DNA of 64,000 bases from Octopus sinensis (Eukaryota), in the NCBI RefSeq assembly GCF_006345805.1, contig NC_042997.1:3906001-3970000 (forward strand), read 5' to 3'. A model generated the notes under the pieces. It saw only the letters and a program-made list of their open reading frames with translations, was not told where the DNA came from and searched no databases. Below, piece after piece: positions 1-15,059 of the stretch. The first letter of the stretch is position 1, and every line of letters starts with the position of its first letter. The position numbers and the translations under genes were made by a program.

Positions 1-59
1 AGGTAATAGCGTACTTCTGCTGACTCATTCGTCATAACATTCTCTTACTCTTTCCTCCT

Positions 60-175
60 GTATCTTGCAGCTCACCTGCAACGGACAGGCGTCCCTTCCA
101 AGTGGGGAACCTATAAGCCAAGGTAACCGGGAAACCGGCCCTTATGAACTAGGTGTGGCTCGAGAAGAAACACAC
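60..175 (+). mobile_element. SINE-like 3' fragment (V-SINE-like motif)
   Basis: cctgcaacggacaggcgtcccttccaagtgggg and gggaaaccggcccttatga resemble conserved SINE central/tail motifs as I recall them; no pol III head visible. Confidence 0.3.
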
Positions 176-1685
176 AATAGTAGATAAAGAAGTTTTAATC
201 ATGTACATCAAATGTATCAACAGTAGATAGATTTGCTTTTATTTATCTGAGAATCATGCCACCCAGATATTCGTCGATCAATCTACCTGACTGTCTGCCT
301 AGCTACCTACTTACCAACCTACATACCTACCTACCTACCTACCATCCTATCTATGTTCTCTTGAGTGTATAGGAGAGACGTGTTTAATACATGTTGCAGA
401 GGAAATGTTTAAATGATTAAACATGTGAGTCGCTCTGGCGTCACTAATTTCAAACAACTACGACCTTCAGGTTACAATGTTACAACCACCAGTATCGGTG
501 GTGAACATATGTATCCTTTAATGTGCGTGTGTGTGTGTGCGAGTGTTTTACTGTGTGTATCTGTAAGTACATTTTAGTGTCGGCTGTGAATGTTTGAATG
601 TGTTTATCTTTGTGTTTGTCTTCCTGTGATTGTGTTCATTCATTAGCGTAATTTTTTTGTTAATTGATGCGATCTTAGTTTTGGCGTTAGTTTATGTTAT
701 ATATTTTGATACGTTTGTAATTCCTTTGCATTGTTGGCTGGAGGAAGTATTATTAATTGTTTAGAATCCGTTAGTGAATTGGTGGTGGTACGCATCTCTT
801 TACGTTTTCCTTTGTGTGTATGTGTGTGAGTTTGCATATATGTATGCTGTGTGTGTGTATGCGAGTTTGTATTTGTGTGCGTGTGTGTATTTGTGTCTGT
901 GTGTGTCTGAATGTGTGCGCATATGTTAGCGTTGAAAAAAATGTTCTTTCTGACGTTGGTTTTGTATTTCTACTTAGAAATGCGTTTTTGAAAGATGTAA
1001 ATGAGAGCATATCTATTGCAAATATAGCTCTAAAGAATTTTACTATTTACGTTCGATTAATTTTCATTTTTTTTGTTTCGTAATGAAAACGCAGTAAATT
1101 TTATGGAAGAATGTCTTTTGAAAATGTATGTAGATGCGCTTGGGCGTTTATGTATGTGTCAGTTTGTATTATCTTCCCGAGTTCGATGAACTCTTTACTT
1201 CAATGAAGTATTTTTCTATAAGCGTATGTATCAGAATGTGGTTATTTGAATTTGATATTCTTTTGTGTATGTCTTGGGCGTGGTTTGGTGTTTTGATATG
1301 ATCGTGACTGCGTGGTCAAAATTTGCTTTCCAAAGTTAATAATATACTTCAACCATGTTTCTTTACGTTGTCCAACTTAGGATTTTCATCTATTTTCACA
1401 GAATTTCACTTTTCACAACGACAGTTCCGTTGCTTTTGGTGTAAACGACAAAAGACCCTATTCAAGGCCACTTTTCGTATGATCACTACACCACATGAGA
1501 ACGCATTACAGCACATTTCAGGGCTTCTTATCAAATTGTTATCTCTGTGAGAACGACAAAAAAGCCCCTTTCAGGGCAACTTCCCCTGTAATTGTTACAC
1601 CATCTAATAAAGGATTAAAAATCTGCTCAGGAGTTCATGTCAGCAAACTGTTACCGCTTGGCTTCAGTGGTGCCCGGTGACAAAT

Positions 1686-1746
1686 TTTGTTACAAGTTAC
1701 GACGACAGATTTTGTTATAAGTTACGACGACAGATTTTGTTATAAT
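1686..1746. repeat. 25-bp tandem repeat, ~2.5 copies
   Basis: Unit ttttgttataagttacgacgacaga repeated directly. Confidence 0.85.
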
Positions 1747-1841
1747 TTTATTACTATCAGCGACCAGTTTTGTTACAATTTGGCGTTTACGTTATCTATG
1801 ACACATGAAATGTACGAAATATCAAAAACATAGTAGTATTT

Positions 1842-1873
1842 GTATCCCGAGCAACACTGGATACTTCTGCTGG
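1842..1873 (+). mobile_element. Helitron-like 3' terminus
   Basis: Hairpin GTATCC-cgagcaacact-GGATAC followed 5 nt later by CTGG then t; fits the Helitron subterminal hairpin plus CTRR end before a T. Confidence 0.5.
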
Positions 1874-2919
1874 TATTAGATAAATATTCAAGATAAATTT
1901 TCAAGTTCAAACAAGGCAACATGAAATATATTTCTTTCATCGTTGTAAAATATAATTCTTTGATTTCAATGCGACGCACATTCCTATTTGCGCTATATGA
2001 ATGTTAATAAAAATTTACAAATACTGCGACAACGTAAACATGCATGTTATCTAGTTACAGAAGTAATACTTGTGTAGGGAATATATTTTTATTGTTACTA
2101 TTATAATATAAAATCAATTACAAGCTGTATTGTAACCAAGTCCAATCTAAATATTTGCTAAATCTGCAAACGTTTGCAGGGTGTTTGACTTTTCTCTGTT
2201 TCAACTTATTTAATACATAAGAGATTAGTTTTTGTATGCGAGTTACATATATTTACCATTCTTATCAACGTTTAGAAGTTCGTTATAATGTATTAAACGC
2301 TAAATATATTAACAGTATATCACTAGATGCTTAATCAGATATCTTGCCATCCCTATTCTATTCACCTATAAAGTAGTTTTCATTGAGTAGAATTGCTATT
2401 GTGGTTAAATTAACTTTTTTTAAGCGTCAATGTTTGAAAAACCTGACGTCCAAAAATTAATAAATTTAGAAATATCCAAACTTCAAAATTCAGTGTAGTT
2501 ATATTGAAGACATTAGTTCTGAAGATAAGAAATGCGAGTAACAAACCAATTAGTTGAGGAATACTGCGGTAGTTATAAAATAGCGAAACTACATGTCGAA
2601 CTGTAGTTGCTATTGTTCATGCTAATCTCGATTTCAGTCCAGAGAGAAGAGGCTACGGTAACTACAAATATATATTTGGGCATGTTTGAGAATAAATGTG
2701 TAAATAGGTGATTGTATGTACACAGTTATACTATGTGTGAGGAAATCTACTTATTCAAAAGAGCAGTTTGCTGTTATAAGACATGAGAATAGAGTTCGCT
2801 TCAAACATTGTTGAAATTGTTTTCAGTAAACTATTCGTCACTTCATGACGACTGTGACATTTCACTCACACACATATACACACAGACACACATAATACAT
2901 ATATATGTAAACATTCATA

Positions 2920-2962
<43 letters not shown>

Positions 2963-3199
2963 CATACATGTATATATATACATGTATAGTGACATAAATA
3001 TATATTTAATTCAAATAGAGGTTAAAATAGCATCCTTAAGGGACACAATTATCTAATGAATTACTGGTTCATTGCTTATCATTTTTATGGATAGTAATAT
3101 TCGTAAAATAATACGTATAAGTATAAATCTTAGTTAATAAATATTTAACTTAAAATTCAGAAAAGGCTGATGTGACATTAATATAATTTATTAAATCAA

Positions 3200-4400
3200 A
3201 ACTTCAACATATTCTCTTACAGCTGTTTCGAATTTCCCCAAATAATTATATTCAGTAATTATATCATTGTATTGGGCAAAATCTCAACATCGGAGCAGAG
3301 AAGACTTACCCCTAAGTTATTAGGCATTATATTTCCAAATCCTCTCAACATACTGTATATTACTTGAGTGTATAGTAACAACACAGAAAATACCAAAAAT
3401 CAAATTTTTAGTAATCTCAGCGGCTATTAATAGAACTAATTTAGTTACATCTACGTTTAATATTATTAATATGCATTTTAACATGAAAAATAGATATTTT
3501 GAAATCCTTAACAATAAAACAATAAATATAGGCAATAGTTTAACCCTCGTCTTCGCTGATATCAGAGCCTCCTTAAATAATAAGAAGCTAGATATATTTT
3601 ACTTAAATAGAAAAGATATTAACAACATCTATCCTATGTCCATGGAGGTCAATAATAATACTAACAATTCTAATAGACCTGGGACATATAACAGTGACTG
3701 TGCAAATAACTACTTCTCTAGAAATAGCAATCTAGACGCAAATATCTCACCCACTATAATATAACAATAATATTTATAACGTGTCTGATTAAAAAAGATG
3801 GATGTAACTTTGCTTAAATACAAATGTAAAAAGAAAAAAGTGTAACATACAAATGTACACTAATAACATTATATTAAGCTTATCTATATAGGTGCCACGC
3901 AAAATAAAATGAAGGAACTCTTATCCATACACTTACACACCTTTTGAAACAGGAATGAATATAATTCAACAGGATTGAATAAATACATTTGGAAACTTAA
4001 GGATCAAAATATCAACATTGGCTTAGATTGGGATATACTTGCTTCAGCAAATTGTTATAACGTAAGAAATTTTTTAAAATGTCTTCTCTGTATAAATGAA
4101 AAATTCTTCATCCTAATGCCTAGAATCAATTTGCTCAACCTAAGAGAGAAACAGAAACATTCTTGTTTGTAAAGATGTATTCTCTAAATATAATTGTAAC
4201 TATTTAATAATTACCCCTTCCATTCCCCGATAGTATTCATAGATTTTTACCCCTAACCATAAATGACTAATTCATTAATTTACCCCCACCTTTGTTACAA
4301 ATCATCATTTTACTAACTTCAGAAAGATACACCAATCTCACCCTCCAGTCAAATACTTTACTATTAGCACATTCCTCCACACAAACAAACACTCTTCTTA
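3200..4400 (+). mobile_element. Penelope-like element remnant, GIY-YIG endonuclease region
   Basis: About 3790-4190 gives YIGATQNK..., then LNKYIWKLKDQNINIGLDWDILASANCYN...KCLLCINEKFFIL...LLN, typical of the PLE endonuclease C-terminus; stops and frameshifts present. Confidence 0.85.
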
Positions 4401-6094
4401 TATGGCAACATACATAACCACTTTTTACTCTAATGTATGTACGTCCCTATTTTTCTTTCTGTAATAACATATAGATAAATGTAAATATGTATGTCTATAT
4501 ATCTGTATTTGTATGGCAACTTGTGTATTTGTACATATACATTCATGTATACATATACATGTACAAATATTGATATGTGTGAGAATAAACGTGTTCGTGT
4601 AAGTGTTTTGGAATGGTGTACACACATAAGCACATATTTTTATTTTTATTTTATCTAGTTTCTGCTCACGAGGTGTGGCCAGGCTGGGGCACCGCCATAT
4701 ATGCACAGCATTTTAAAAGGTTTTTCCTTGTTTCAATTGATTGTTTCCACTTCTCTTTTTTGTGAACTGAAAAGCTATATGACCCATTTGAATTTATTTA
4801 TCATTAATTATATAGAAACATATATTATATAATAAAAGTATACATATATATACATAATTAAGATAGAAATATGTTTTTTCTATTGTAGCCACATATGCAT
4901 AGATATAGATATAACCCGCTCATCAATACATACCTATTATATAATATAACACATAAATAATATTTGTTAAATCATCTTAACTCCCTGAGAAATATATACA
5001 TAAGCTTAGAAATATTACTTTAAAAATCCATAATTGCCTCCTCTTAACCATTTATAATCTCCGTGTTTCTACAATATGTATAGAGTTCAATCTGCGTGGA
5101 TATAAGCGACTTCATATTTATCACCCTTTGCAACAAATATTCCCAATATACCTATTTTCGCACCAAAGATTAACGGTTTTTAACTAAAATAACCATCCTT
5201 CTGTTTCTGAAATTAACTGATCAATAATCTCCTTTTAACTAGCCTCACACATCTTACTTCATAACTGGGGTAGCACAGCATGTTTTCACCTCGACTTCCA
5301 AGTAAGCATATACAAAACTATTGATATTCTCTGTAATAATCCTGATTTATGTTATATAGATGTGTCAGGCAGTAAATTATTCCAACGTTTATGTTTATAT
5401 TTTGTAGAATTGTATGATAAGTCTTGACTGACTCTATTATCAGTTATGCAGAATAGAAATGTTTTAACTCCCAGTTTAACTAATTTATTTTTCGCATTTT
5501 GAAATGTTCTTCATTTAATTTCATTATGCTAATCGATTAGGAAATTAGGGATAAATAACTGATGGTTAACTGTTATCACTTTGAGTCCTGTAACTCTCGG
5601 TATTTTTCATTTTTACAATTTACTGCACAACGTAAACAAAATACTGCAACAGTATTATATATTCAGCTTACGCCATGCCCAACACGTAGATGTACCACTA
5701 ATTATTATAACTATTCCAATTGTATAACTAAAATTTTCAATCAGTCGAAAGATTTTTACAGGAAAAGCATGCAACATCAATTGGTATCTTCTTATTCACT
5801 CTTTTTTCTTTATTTTCCCTTTTCTTTATTTTTCCATGATATAGCGAGGACAGAAACAGCTGTTAGATGATATATTGACTTATTGTAATCAATAAATTTT
5901 TCATCAATTATCAGTGCTATCTCCATTTTCTGATTGTTCCTTAAATATAGATAAACTTCTGTTTATCCCATTCGTTACCGACCATTTATGTGCAGTAATA
6001 CTAATACTCATAATCACATATAGGTAATACACCAGCAATTCATTGGATATAAAAAATTCGTAGACGGTTTTTACAACTTCTAACTGAACTCACC

Positions 6095-6097
<3 letters not shown>

Positions 6098-6145
<48 letters not shown>

Positions 6146-6169
6146 GTGTGTGTGCATGTATGTATGTAT

Positions 6170-6201
<32 letters not shown>

Positions 6202-6246
6202 ATATATATATATATATATGTGTGTGTGTGTTTATATATATGTATG

Positions 6247-6291
<45 letters not shown>

Positions 6292-6310
6292 GTGTGCCTG
6301 TGTGTGTGTG
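6098..6310. repeat. (TA)n/(TG)n compound microsatellite
   Basis: Seen directly. Confidence 0.95.
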
Positions 6311-6775
6311 TTATATAGATAAATGGGAAATTATATAGGTAGATTGATAGGTAAATAGTTGCATATTAACAGTTTCCATTGAAGTGTTCTATTTACAATA
6401 TGAGAACTAAGAATGCTGATATTGCAAGTTGAACACAACTTATGTGTGCTTCTTATACTTATAAGGATTTATAGCTTATGGCTATATATTTGCTTGTTAC
6501 ACCAAGTATTAACTGAGCTTCAATTATTAATTAGTATGTTTTAATAACCTAGAAAACATACTTCTGCATCTGAAATTGACATCTTTGTTTAATGCGTCAC
6601 ATAAGCAGTATCATGAAGGCATTCGAGACACTATGTTTAAGATTATTTCGCAATGCCTCCAGGATATCGTCAAAGAAAGTATTGCATATTTGATAGTGGC
6701 GATGATGCTGATACTTATAATGGATATTGTTGCAGCGCTGTTGCTACGGATGATTGTGATGAGTATCATCACAAA

Positions 6776-6924
6776 GATGATGATGATGATGATGACGACG
6801 ACGATGATGATGATGAGATGATGATGATGATGGTGGAGGTGGTGGTGGTGATGATGATGATGATGATGACGACGACGATGACGATGATGATGATAATGAT
6901 GATGATGATGATGATGATGATGAT

Positions 6925-6975
<51 letters not shown>

Positions 6976-6980
6976 TTGAT
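6776..6980. repeat. (GAT)n microsatellite
   Basis: Seen directly; explains the poly-D/M/H/I/S ORFs. Confidence 0.95.
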
Positions 6981-7439
6981 GATACATTTCAATTTGAAAG
7001 TATATATAATACTGAAAGTCAATATTATATAATACGAAGCATTCAAACAAATTTCCTTTGTTTTAATTTTGCTAGTGGTTAATGCGTAATATACCACTTA
7101 AGAAAAACAAAAATGAAGTTGATTAACAGAGCTGCTATGTATTTAAAAATATTTCTTTTGGAAATCCAAAGGTAAACATTTCGAGGCGTGTTTACATGCA
7201 TATAACACACACGCGCGCGCACACAATGTAATGGAATCTCAGGACGAAAATCATAGTGATCTCATGTTCGTGCCTCACGTTAGCTCACCATGTTCATCAA
7301 GTAAATAGAAGTCCTCCATAATTGAAAGTAAAATAAAATAAAATTACACTAACTTAACAGTTACTCAAAATTCATTCACACTGCATTGTACGAAAGTACA
7401 TTTATATGCATGTAGGCATGACGATAGTCTATCAGAAAT

Positions 7440-8340
7440 TCTATTAAATATCTTGTCATTACTCCACAGAATAGACCGGAATTCCTCGGAGCAGAAGCGG
7501 CATCTCCTGGAAATTGCGCTGTATGGTTTTGCATGTCTAACTATGGACCAATTAAAGTAGTATTTCGTACTAGCCTCCTTCAGTCACCAAATATAATCTG
7601 CCAAAGATGTCGATGTCTCTTATTGATTGACCTAAAGCTGGCAGCATGATTACGATAACGATTCTTAAATGAATCAGCTTTCTGTTCAATGTAAACATAG
7701 GACCCTCTCCCTGTGTGTACGGTACATTTATAGACAAGATTTGTACGTATACAGAGATTCATCAAAGGACATTTTGATTTATCCCTGCATGAGCATTTAT
7801 CGTTCTTATTTGTACAGAAAGCGGCTCTGACTTCATTTACCTGCATTGTTATCGTGCTAGCCCTACCATGAATATTTCTATTACTACAAATTAGTCGAAG
7901 TTGATGATTATCAATGCAGTTTACATCTCCTTGGTTGGCACTTAGATGTAAATTCTTGCTACATCCAGTTGGTGGGTTATTGAAATTTTGTCGCATTTTG
8001 CTATTGCTTATGCGATGCATAAGATGCTCCAAATTAGTTAGCGTAGGATATGCTCCAAATTAGTTAGCGTAGGATAACTTCACGGTTTGCCGATTAAATA
8101 TAGCATGGTACAGATTGAATTTTGGAAAAGACTTGTCCAAAGCACTAAAATTTTTTTGGCAGCGATGCTGGTTGAAACATGCAAACCGAAAATTGGGTTG
8201 AACTAGAGGACATCCTCTTTCCTATATTTGTTGTTAGGTTTATTTGATCTCGTGTGTTCTACAGGATTGGACAAGCAGAAGAATTATTATGTCACATGTG
8301 TCTATGAGTTTTCTTTGGTGGATCATTGATATGACCAATA
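7440..8340 (-). mobile_element. Penelope-like element remnant, GIY-YIG endonuclease
   Basis: ORF 7580-8032: CSCRDKSKCPLMNLCIRTNLVYKCTVHTGRGSYVYIEQKADSFKNRYRNHAASFR matches the PLE linker and GIY-YIG pattern; outer boundaries approximate. Confidence 0.85.
8024..8075. repeat. 26-bp direct duplication
   Basis: atgctccaaattagttagcgtaggat x2, exact. Confidence 0.9.
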
Positions 8341-8796
8341 CCTTCTAGCCTGTATTCTTTATTCGAGTGATTCCTAAAACGGTAATGTTGTGGTGGCATA
8401 CGATGTGTATCGCAGTAGAAGAAATTACCAGTATTGCTTATCGGTTAACGGTTATTTTCAATACTTTTCTCACTAGATTAAGTGTTCGTTTCACTTTTTA
8501 TCTTCTGCAATTTTACTTTTGGATCTTCTATAGATATGAAGAATTTCCCTCCGTCTGGCTGTTTTTTTCTCTCCACAAAACAGAAAGTTGCATTATGGAA
8601 GTCATTTTAACGACATTTTAAAAATGTATTTATCCCCCGAGGAGATATGCCTGCACCACTGAATAATCCTGAACCAGTTTTTGTATGTTCAACAAGAGGA
8701 GTGGATGCTAAATCTATCCAAAGAATTGTTACGATTAATAATATATACTCGAATATTCTATCTTCTGTCATTCATTTATTATACATACGTACATAC

Positions 8797-8847
<51 letters not shown>

Positions 8848-11086
8848 ATATATATTATATATATATATATATATATAATATATATATATATACATACATA
8901 TATATGTACATATATATGTATATACTTATATAGGTATATATATATATATATGAATATATATATTTATCATCCTGTCCGCATTATTTTTGTGAACACTAAA
9001 TTATCAATATTAGTAATGAAAAATATCAAATTTCATTATATATGCTAAAGTTAACTGGATTTCATTGATTTGCTTTATGTCAGTCACACAGTAGATTGCG
9101 GAATATATTATTCTAGTTGTCACTGATTCATATATGTTAAAAAGTGTAAAAAGGGTAACCTATAAAGTCATTACACTTCATGAGATGCTTAAAAGCCAAT
9201 TTCTAAACAACCTAATAACTCAGAATACTTCCAAAACATACGAAAAACTCGGATGGATAGTATGCGATGTAGAAGAATGATTTAGAGACACATTTAAAAG
9301 AATATATTGGACGTATTTCAGGCTTAAAATCTGATCAAAGGTACATACATGTTGTTGAAATATATGAGTGCATTAGTGATCTGCCTAATATTCATACGGT
9401 GCTACATCATACCCTAGTGTCCATCGGATCAACAAATGTAGACACGAAACAGGCGGGTGATTTTGAAGGTGTCACATTAGGACATCAAACAAATGGATAA
9501 ATATAAAACAATTCGCTGGTGTTAGGCTTGACAATCGGAACTTCATGCATTCATAATTTTATCTTAAATAAAAAAAAATAATGTAAAAAGGTAAGAAAGT
9601 GAGATGAGTGGGTAAACATTGGATATACACGATAAAATAGCAAGTTCGTTGAAGAATGTAAAATTATACCCGGTTAAAGTAATTTTTTTATTCTCTTGTT
9701 GAAGGATTGCCGAATAGGAATTGTTATCCTTGAAACAAAAATTGCAAGAAGGCAGCAGTTTTGTGTTAGATGTGTGGTATAATGATCGAAAAAAAAATCG
9801 ATTATTGAGAATGAAAATTTGACACACTTGTGTAACAAAGAGAAATGGAAATGTAGCTCAGCCGGAAGAATGACACATTCATCAGAGGTACCAATGGTAT
9901 TTAAATCCAAAGTGTATACCATTATTACATCATTAGACAGAGCTTTGTGCTACAGACAGTTAATGCGAATCAATTGACGAAATATTGCGTTTATAATAAA
10001 TAGAGGGTAACAAGATATGATCCATAAGTTATGAAATGCATTGCCCATTATATCATGGATTTGCTTTAACATGACAGAAGAGTTTATGCCAAATTAACAT
10101 ATGTATAAATTATCTGGACTTATCCATTAGTTTTGGAATTTCTATTCAAAGAATTCAATATTAATTAGATTTAATGACGCGCATTTGAAAGGAGAATAAT
10201 TACAGAGGAAACAGACGAATTAAAATCCTTCCGAATGAGTGGCTCCTTTATAAGATGGACAGCTTATTAATTTTTAATTAACGGTTTCTGAAGCGATCTA
10301 TTTACGATCAATATCTGAGTTTATTCATAGATTCAATTGATCATTTAATTTTTATGCGTTTTAAATGAATCAATTGTAAGCTTGCAAATAATTATAAAAG
10401 GAAAGGGGCCGGAAATTTGTATTAAAATGACGTCTGATTTAGAAAAAAACATGTAAACACTGCATGACACTACATAAAACTTATCAGAAACATACATACA
10501 CACATACACACATATACATGAACACACACACACACATGCATACACACACATATATCAACAAGAATACAAGATCCTGCAGTACAGAACAATTGTATGAACT
10601 GTCCAGTTTTAATAAATATAATTTACTGGAATATCAGATTAGTGATGTACCGTTTACTGCATTGGTTGTTTGAATGACAATATGAAGTGCATGTCCATCT
10701 ATAGAAGCAAAATTTAATTCACAAAATTAATTGGAGTAGAATGCGTGAAGTATAATGCAGATACTCCAAGGGAGCTACAAATCAAACGTGAGGATAATAA
10801 AATTTATATAACAAAACGTTACACCTTGTGACTAATTAAATATGACACGCCATTCAAAGGAAAACTATGGGAGAACAGGTTTGAGATGCACGTGGACATG
10901 TAGTAAAGTTTACGGAGATTACAGCAAACGAAGGATTGTATAAATATTAATATCTTAAAGAGGCAATGTCTATGTGAAAGAATATATGTACCGATATGGG
11001 GATATTTGACATTAAATAGCAACAAGGAGAGGATGGTTAATGCAAGAGGGACTGCGAAGAAAACGCTTATCGATCAAACTATCTAT

Positions 11087-11093
11087 CTATCTG

Positions 11094-11171
<78 letters not shown>
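11087..11171. repeat. (ATCT)n microsatellite
   Basis: Seen directly. Confidence 0.95.
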
Positions 11172-11500
11172 AATTTATCTCTCTTCTCCCTCTCTCACTC
11201 ATTTATTTCTCATTCTTTCTCTTTATATCCCTCTCTCTTTCTATATATGTACGTAAATCCATTCATCCATCTTTCGCGATTTTTTTCCCTCCGTCTTCCC
11301 TTCCTTGGATATTTCTTTTTCTATGTTTCTGGCGAAGAGCTCCGCTCGAAAGGCTAAATGTTCCTTCTTTCTTTCCTTTCCTGAGCGTCCAATAACACTA
11401 TACTTGTTCCGCGTCCTCAGGTTGTGTTTTCTCTTCTTGTTTACATGTTTGGATTATCTCTCTCCATCTCCGTCTGTCTCTCTCTCTGTCTCTCTCTCTG

Positions 11501-11546
<46 letters not shown>

Positions 11547-11724
11547 CTTATGTGTGTGTGTGTGCGTGTGTGTGTGTACGGAGAGCGGCAGGGAGACAAC
11601 CAGACAGATAGATACACCAATTTATAGATGCACAATAGATGGATAATGATGCAAATACAGACACAAAGAGTGAATATATTCGGACAATGAGCATTCATGC
11701 ATAAACAAAACTTATAAACATTTA

Positions 11725-12899
11725 TACGAGGCTTTATCCAAAAGAAACCGGAATTTTGCAATATCATTTTATACACTTAGTTTTGCAAATTTAGACATAT
11801 TTCGATTTCAAATTATTCTCCATTTGATGCAATTCATCAGTCCAAACGCTTTTTCCACAGTTGGAAGCAGTCCTGGAACCCTTGTGAAGTGATGCCTTTA
11901 GCCGTCTTCGTCTTATTTTACATCACCTCTTCCACGTCTGCACAATGTTTTGCTTTGAGGGAGCAAGATCGGGTGATCGGGTAATCGAGCTTATACCATT
12001 TTTGCCATAGGTCGGGAAGTTTTCGTCTCACCGAGTCTCGCAAAACCTTCATAGCTGCCAAGTAAAATGTCTGGTTAACAATTTGACCAAATTCTGTGCA
12101 GACTATTCCTTTCGCTTCCATTATACAAATCAGCACCGTCTTGTCACGGGACTTCACTTGACACGCTGTTTTAGAGGCGTGGTAACATTAAATAATTCCA
12201 TTGACTTCAATGCTGCTTCGTTTCAGGGTCGTATCCCTAGCACCAGATTTTGTTTGCAGTGATATCTTTCGGAAATAAATTCCAATCGACTTCCAAATAC
12301 TGTTTCAGTTCATGATAGGCATTCAGTCGTGACTGCTTTTGTTCTTCCGAGAGCAAGGGATCAACAGATGCCGATGCAATTCTTTGCATTCGCAATCCTT
12401 GCTCAGAATTCGTTGGTAGGAGCTCCAGCATACTCCTGTCCTATCAACAAGTTTGTCAGTTGTTCGACACCGCTCCTCCAAGATGAGTTCATGAATTTTC
12501 CTGGTGTTTTCATTCGTTCGGGAGTGTCACGGTGGCCCTTAATGAAGTTGTTATTCAGGCGACAAGAAACTTTCCCTTAAACGTGTACACTACTCGTAAA
12601 GTTGCGCTTTGCTCAAAGCAGCCTATTTAAGCTGAGCGTGACAGATGTTTCGGCTGCCGTTTTCCCACCAGAAAAGAGAATTACCCGGAAGCACGCACTT
12701 TCTTCAATTCAGACATCGGAAACATCAAAGAATATGTGAGAAGTACGGCAAAAAAGGAAAAAAAGACATGCCATGTGGCAGCACGACTCCTGTTGGCAGG
12801 GGGATTCCCGCATCAAGTGGCTTCTAACTGCGGAAGCCTGAACTACAAGGGCTTGTACCACAGAAAACGTTTCCGGTTACTTTTAGACCCCCGCTCGTA
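11725..12899 (-). mobile_element. Mariner transposon, near full length, decayed
   Basis: Imperfect ~29-bp TIRs tacgaggctttatccaaaagaaaccggaa / ttccggttacttttagacccccgctcgta with TA ends; transposase fragments KSRDKTVLICIMEAKGIVCTEF-GQIVNQTFY...LRDSVRRKLPDLW and NLFPKDITANKIWC. Confidence 0.9.
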
Positions 12900-13699
12900 T
12901 ATTAATAGAGAAGATTTATATAGAGTACAAATATAATTAAAAAAATAAGAATGATTATATGGTTTTACATGTCCGACAGCTGTTTCCTGTTTGTGTGAAT
13001 TACGTAATAACGTTGGCAGATTCAGTTCGTTTAAATTCAAGAATAAGCCACGCACCGTGGATACATTTAAATATCATGTTAAGTTCAAATTCAGGCTTCA
13101 AGGGAAGGAGAGACTTGTCTATAAGTGTTTCGGTGTTTAATGTAAAATCATTTAAGTGTTACGAGGTATTTTCTATGTTGTATATCTCATGGTTACAACT
13201 GTTACCTCTACATACACTTACACTTCTCACAAACTTACACACATACACACATATTCACACAAATGCGAATATACATAAATTGTCATGCTATATATTGTGT
13301 TAAGAACGTAGCAGAGTATACAATAAATCTCGTTCACCATCAAATTTCACCATGTACTGTCCAGTAGACATTTTATACATATTACCATACTTGCATCTGA
13401 GATTCTAATATGGAAATGGATAATTGCGGAGAAGCAATTGCAGTGATAGCAAATGAAATCCAGCCTTACTCCTTGTTGTTGACTCCAACCGTTTCCATTA
13501 TATGCATATATACATGCATACATACATACACAAACACCTAGACAAACACACACACAAAACAAACACACATACATAAAAAGTTAAGATCCAAGGATCAAGG
13601 CGTAGGAAGTTATAAAAAAGCAGTAGAATATATGAAAAATATTTCATGAACATATTTAATTGAGTTTATATTTCATGAACATATTTATTTGAGTTTATG

Positions 13700-14080
13700 T
13701 TTCCCTCACACTCCACCAGCTCTGTTCAACTATTGCTTGAAATTGCTCCTCAGATCATCACAAAATAGCCGCCATGTTTCACTATTGGCTGCAATATTTT
13801 CACGTGTAAGTACTGCAAATCATGAGTTATCACAGAATATGACAGTGTCCCCAAATGCAAGTGGCCTCCCGACCTTCTCATTGGCCCAATCATTTCTCCG
13901 TTTGATATTGGCTGGTCGAAGAAGTGGCTTCTTACTTGATGCTCTGCCGGAGTAGCCAAGCTCGTGAAAATAGCTCATTGCTGTTCTGGGAGTGATATCA
14001 AGTTGTTCTGCTTTGACAGTTGTTTTCAAGAGGGATTATATTCCACACGTCTCTTAACAAAGTAAAGACTTCTGTTAGAA
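13700..14080 (-). mobile_element. Tc1-like transposase fragment
   Basis: GYSGRASSKKPLLRPANIKRRNDWANE...DTVIFCDNS corresponds to Tc1 ARKKPLL...WxxVIFSDES. Confidence 0.85.
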
Positions 14081-14131
14081 GCCCCTAGTCTACCTGGGCG
14101 AGGTGATGAGAACTCGTTCTCCTATCTGGTG

Positions 14132-14181
<50 letters not shown>

Positions 14182-14400
14182 AAGGAAATGAAGAAATGCT
14201 GACAAATAATTGAAGTAATTTAAGTAATTTAATTAGGTGAAAGTTCTTTTTACCGGTTGCGCATATATATATATATATATATGTATGTAGGTAGGTAAAT
14301 AGATAGATATATACATACATACATACACACAAGCGTACATATATGTACATACATACATATATATAAACACATATATTTATATATATATATATGTAGATAA

Positions 14401-14469
<69 letters not shown>

Positions 14470-14863
14470 TATATATATATTACGTTCAGCAAAATTTAGA
14501 TTCAAATAAATATGGTACTTAAGTTAGATGCACCAGATTATTCTTCAGTCAGAAAATAAACTCTACATACCTTAATATTCTTAAAATTTAAATCGACATC
14601 TTTGTCTATATTTCTACCTTCTCTATAATGTTATGAATTGATATGAAAATGATGCATTAATGGAAAACCCCTATAAATGGCTGATGATTGCTCATTTAAA
14701 AACTATTGTAATACTTACAATATTTAATAAAATTATGTAGCATGAAACAATCGTACCAAATTACCGAAGTTATTCCTGTTTCTTATTTTTGATATATATA
14801 TATATTTATATATACTCTCAAGAATATATACAGACTTACCCACACACAAAGAGGGAGAGTGAA

Positions 14864-15057
14864 AGAAGAAGAAGAAGAAGAAGAAGAAGAAGAAAAAGAA
14901 GAAGAAGAAGAAGAAGAAGAAGAGGAGGAGGAGGAGAAGAAGAAGAAGAAGAAGGAGAAGAAGAAGAGAAGAAGAAGAAGAAGAAGAAGAAGAAGAAGAA
15001 GAAGAAGAAGAAGAAGAAGAAGAAGAAGAAGAAGAAGAAGAAGAAGAAGAAGAAGAT
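14864..15057. repeat. (AAG)n/(AGG)n microsatellite
   Basis: Seen directly; source of the poly-E/K/R/L/F ORFs. Confidence 0.95.
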
Positions 15058-15059
15058 GA

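Noticed and set aside
450-1600. Possible N-terminal PLE remnant on the minus strand
   Set aside because: No diagnostic RT or endonuclease motif could be read.
6576-7097. ORFs rich in D/M/H/I/S
   Set aside because: Translations of the (GAT)n microsatellite; no splice or homology support.
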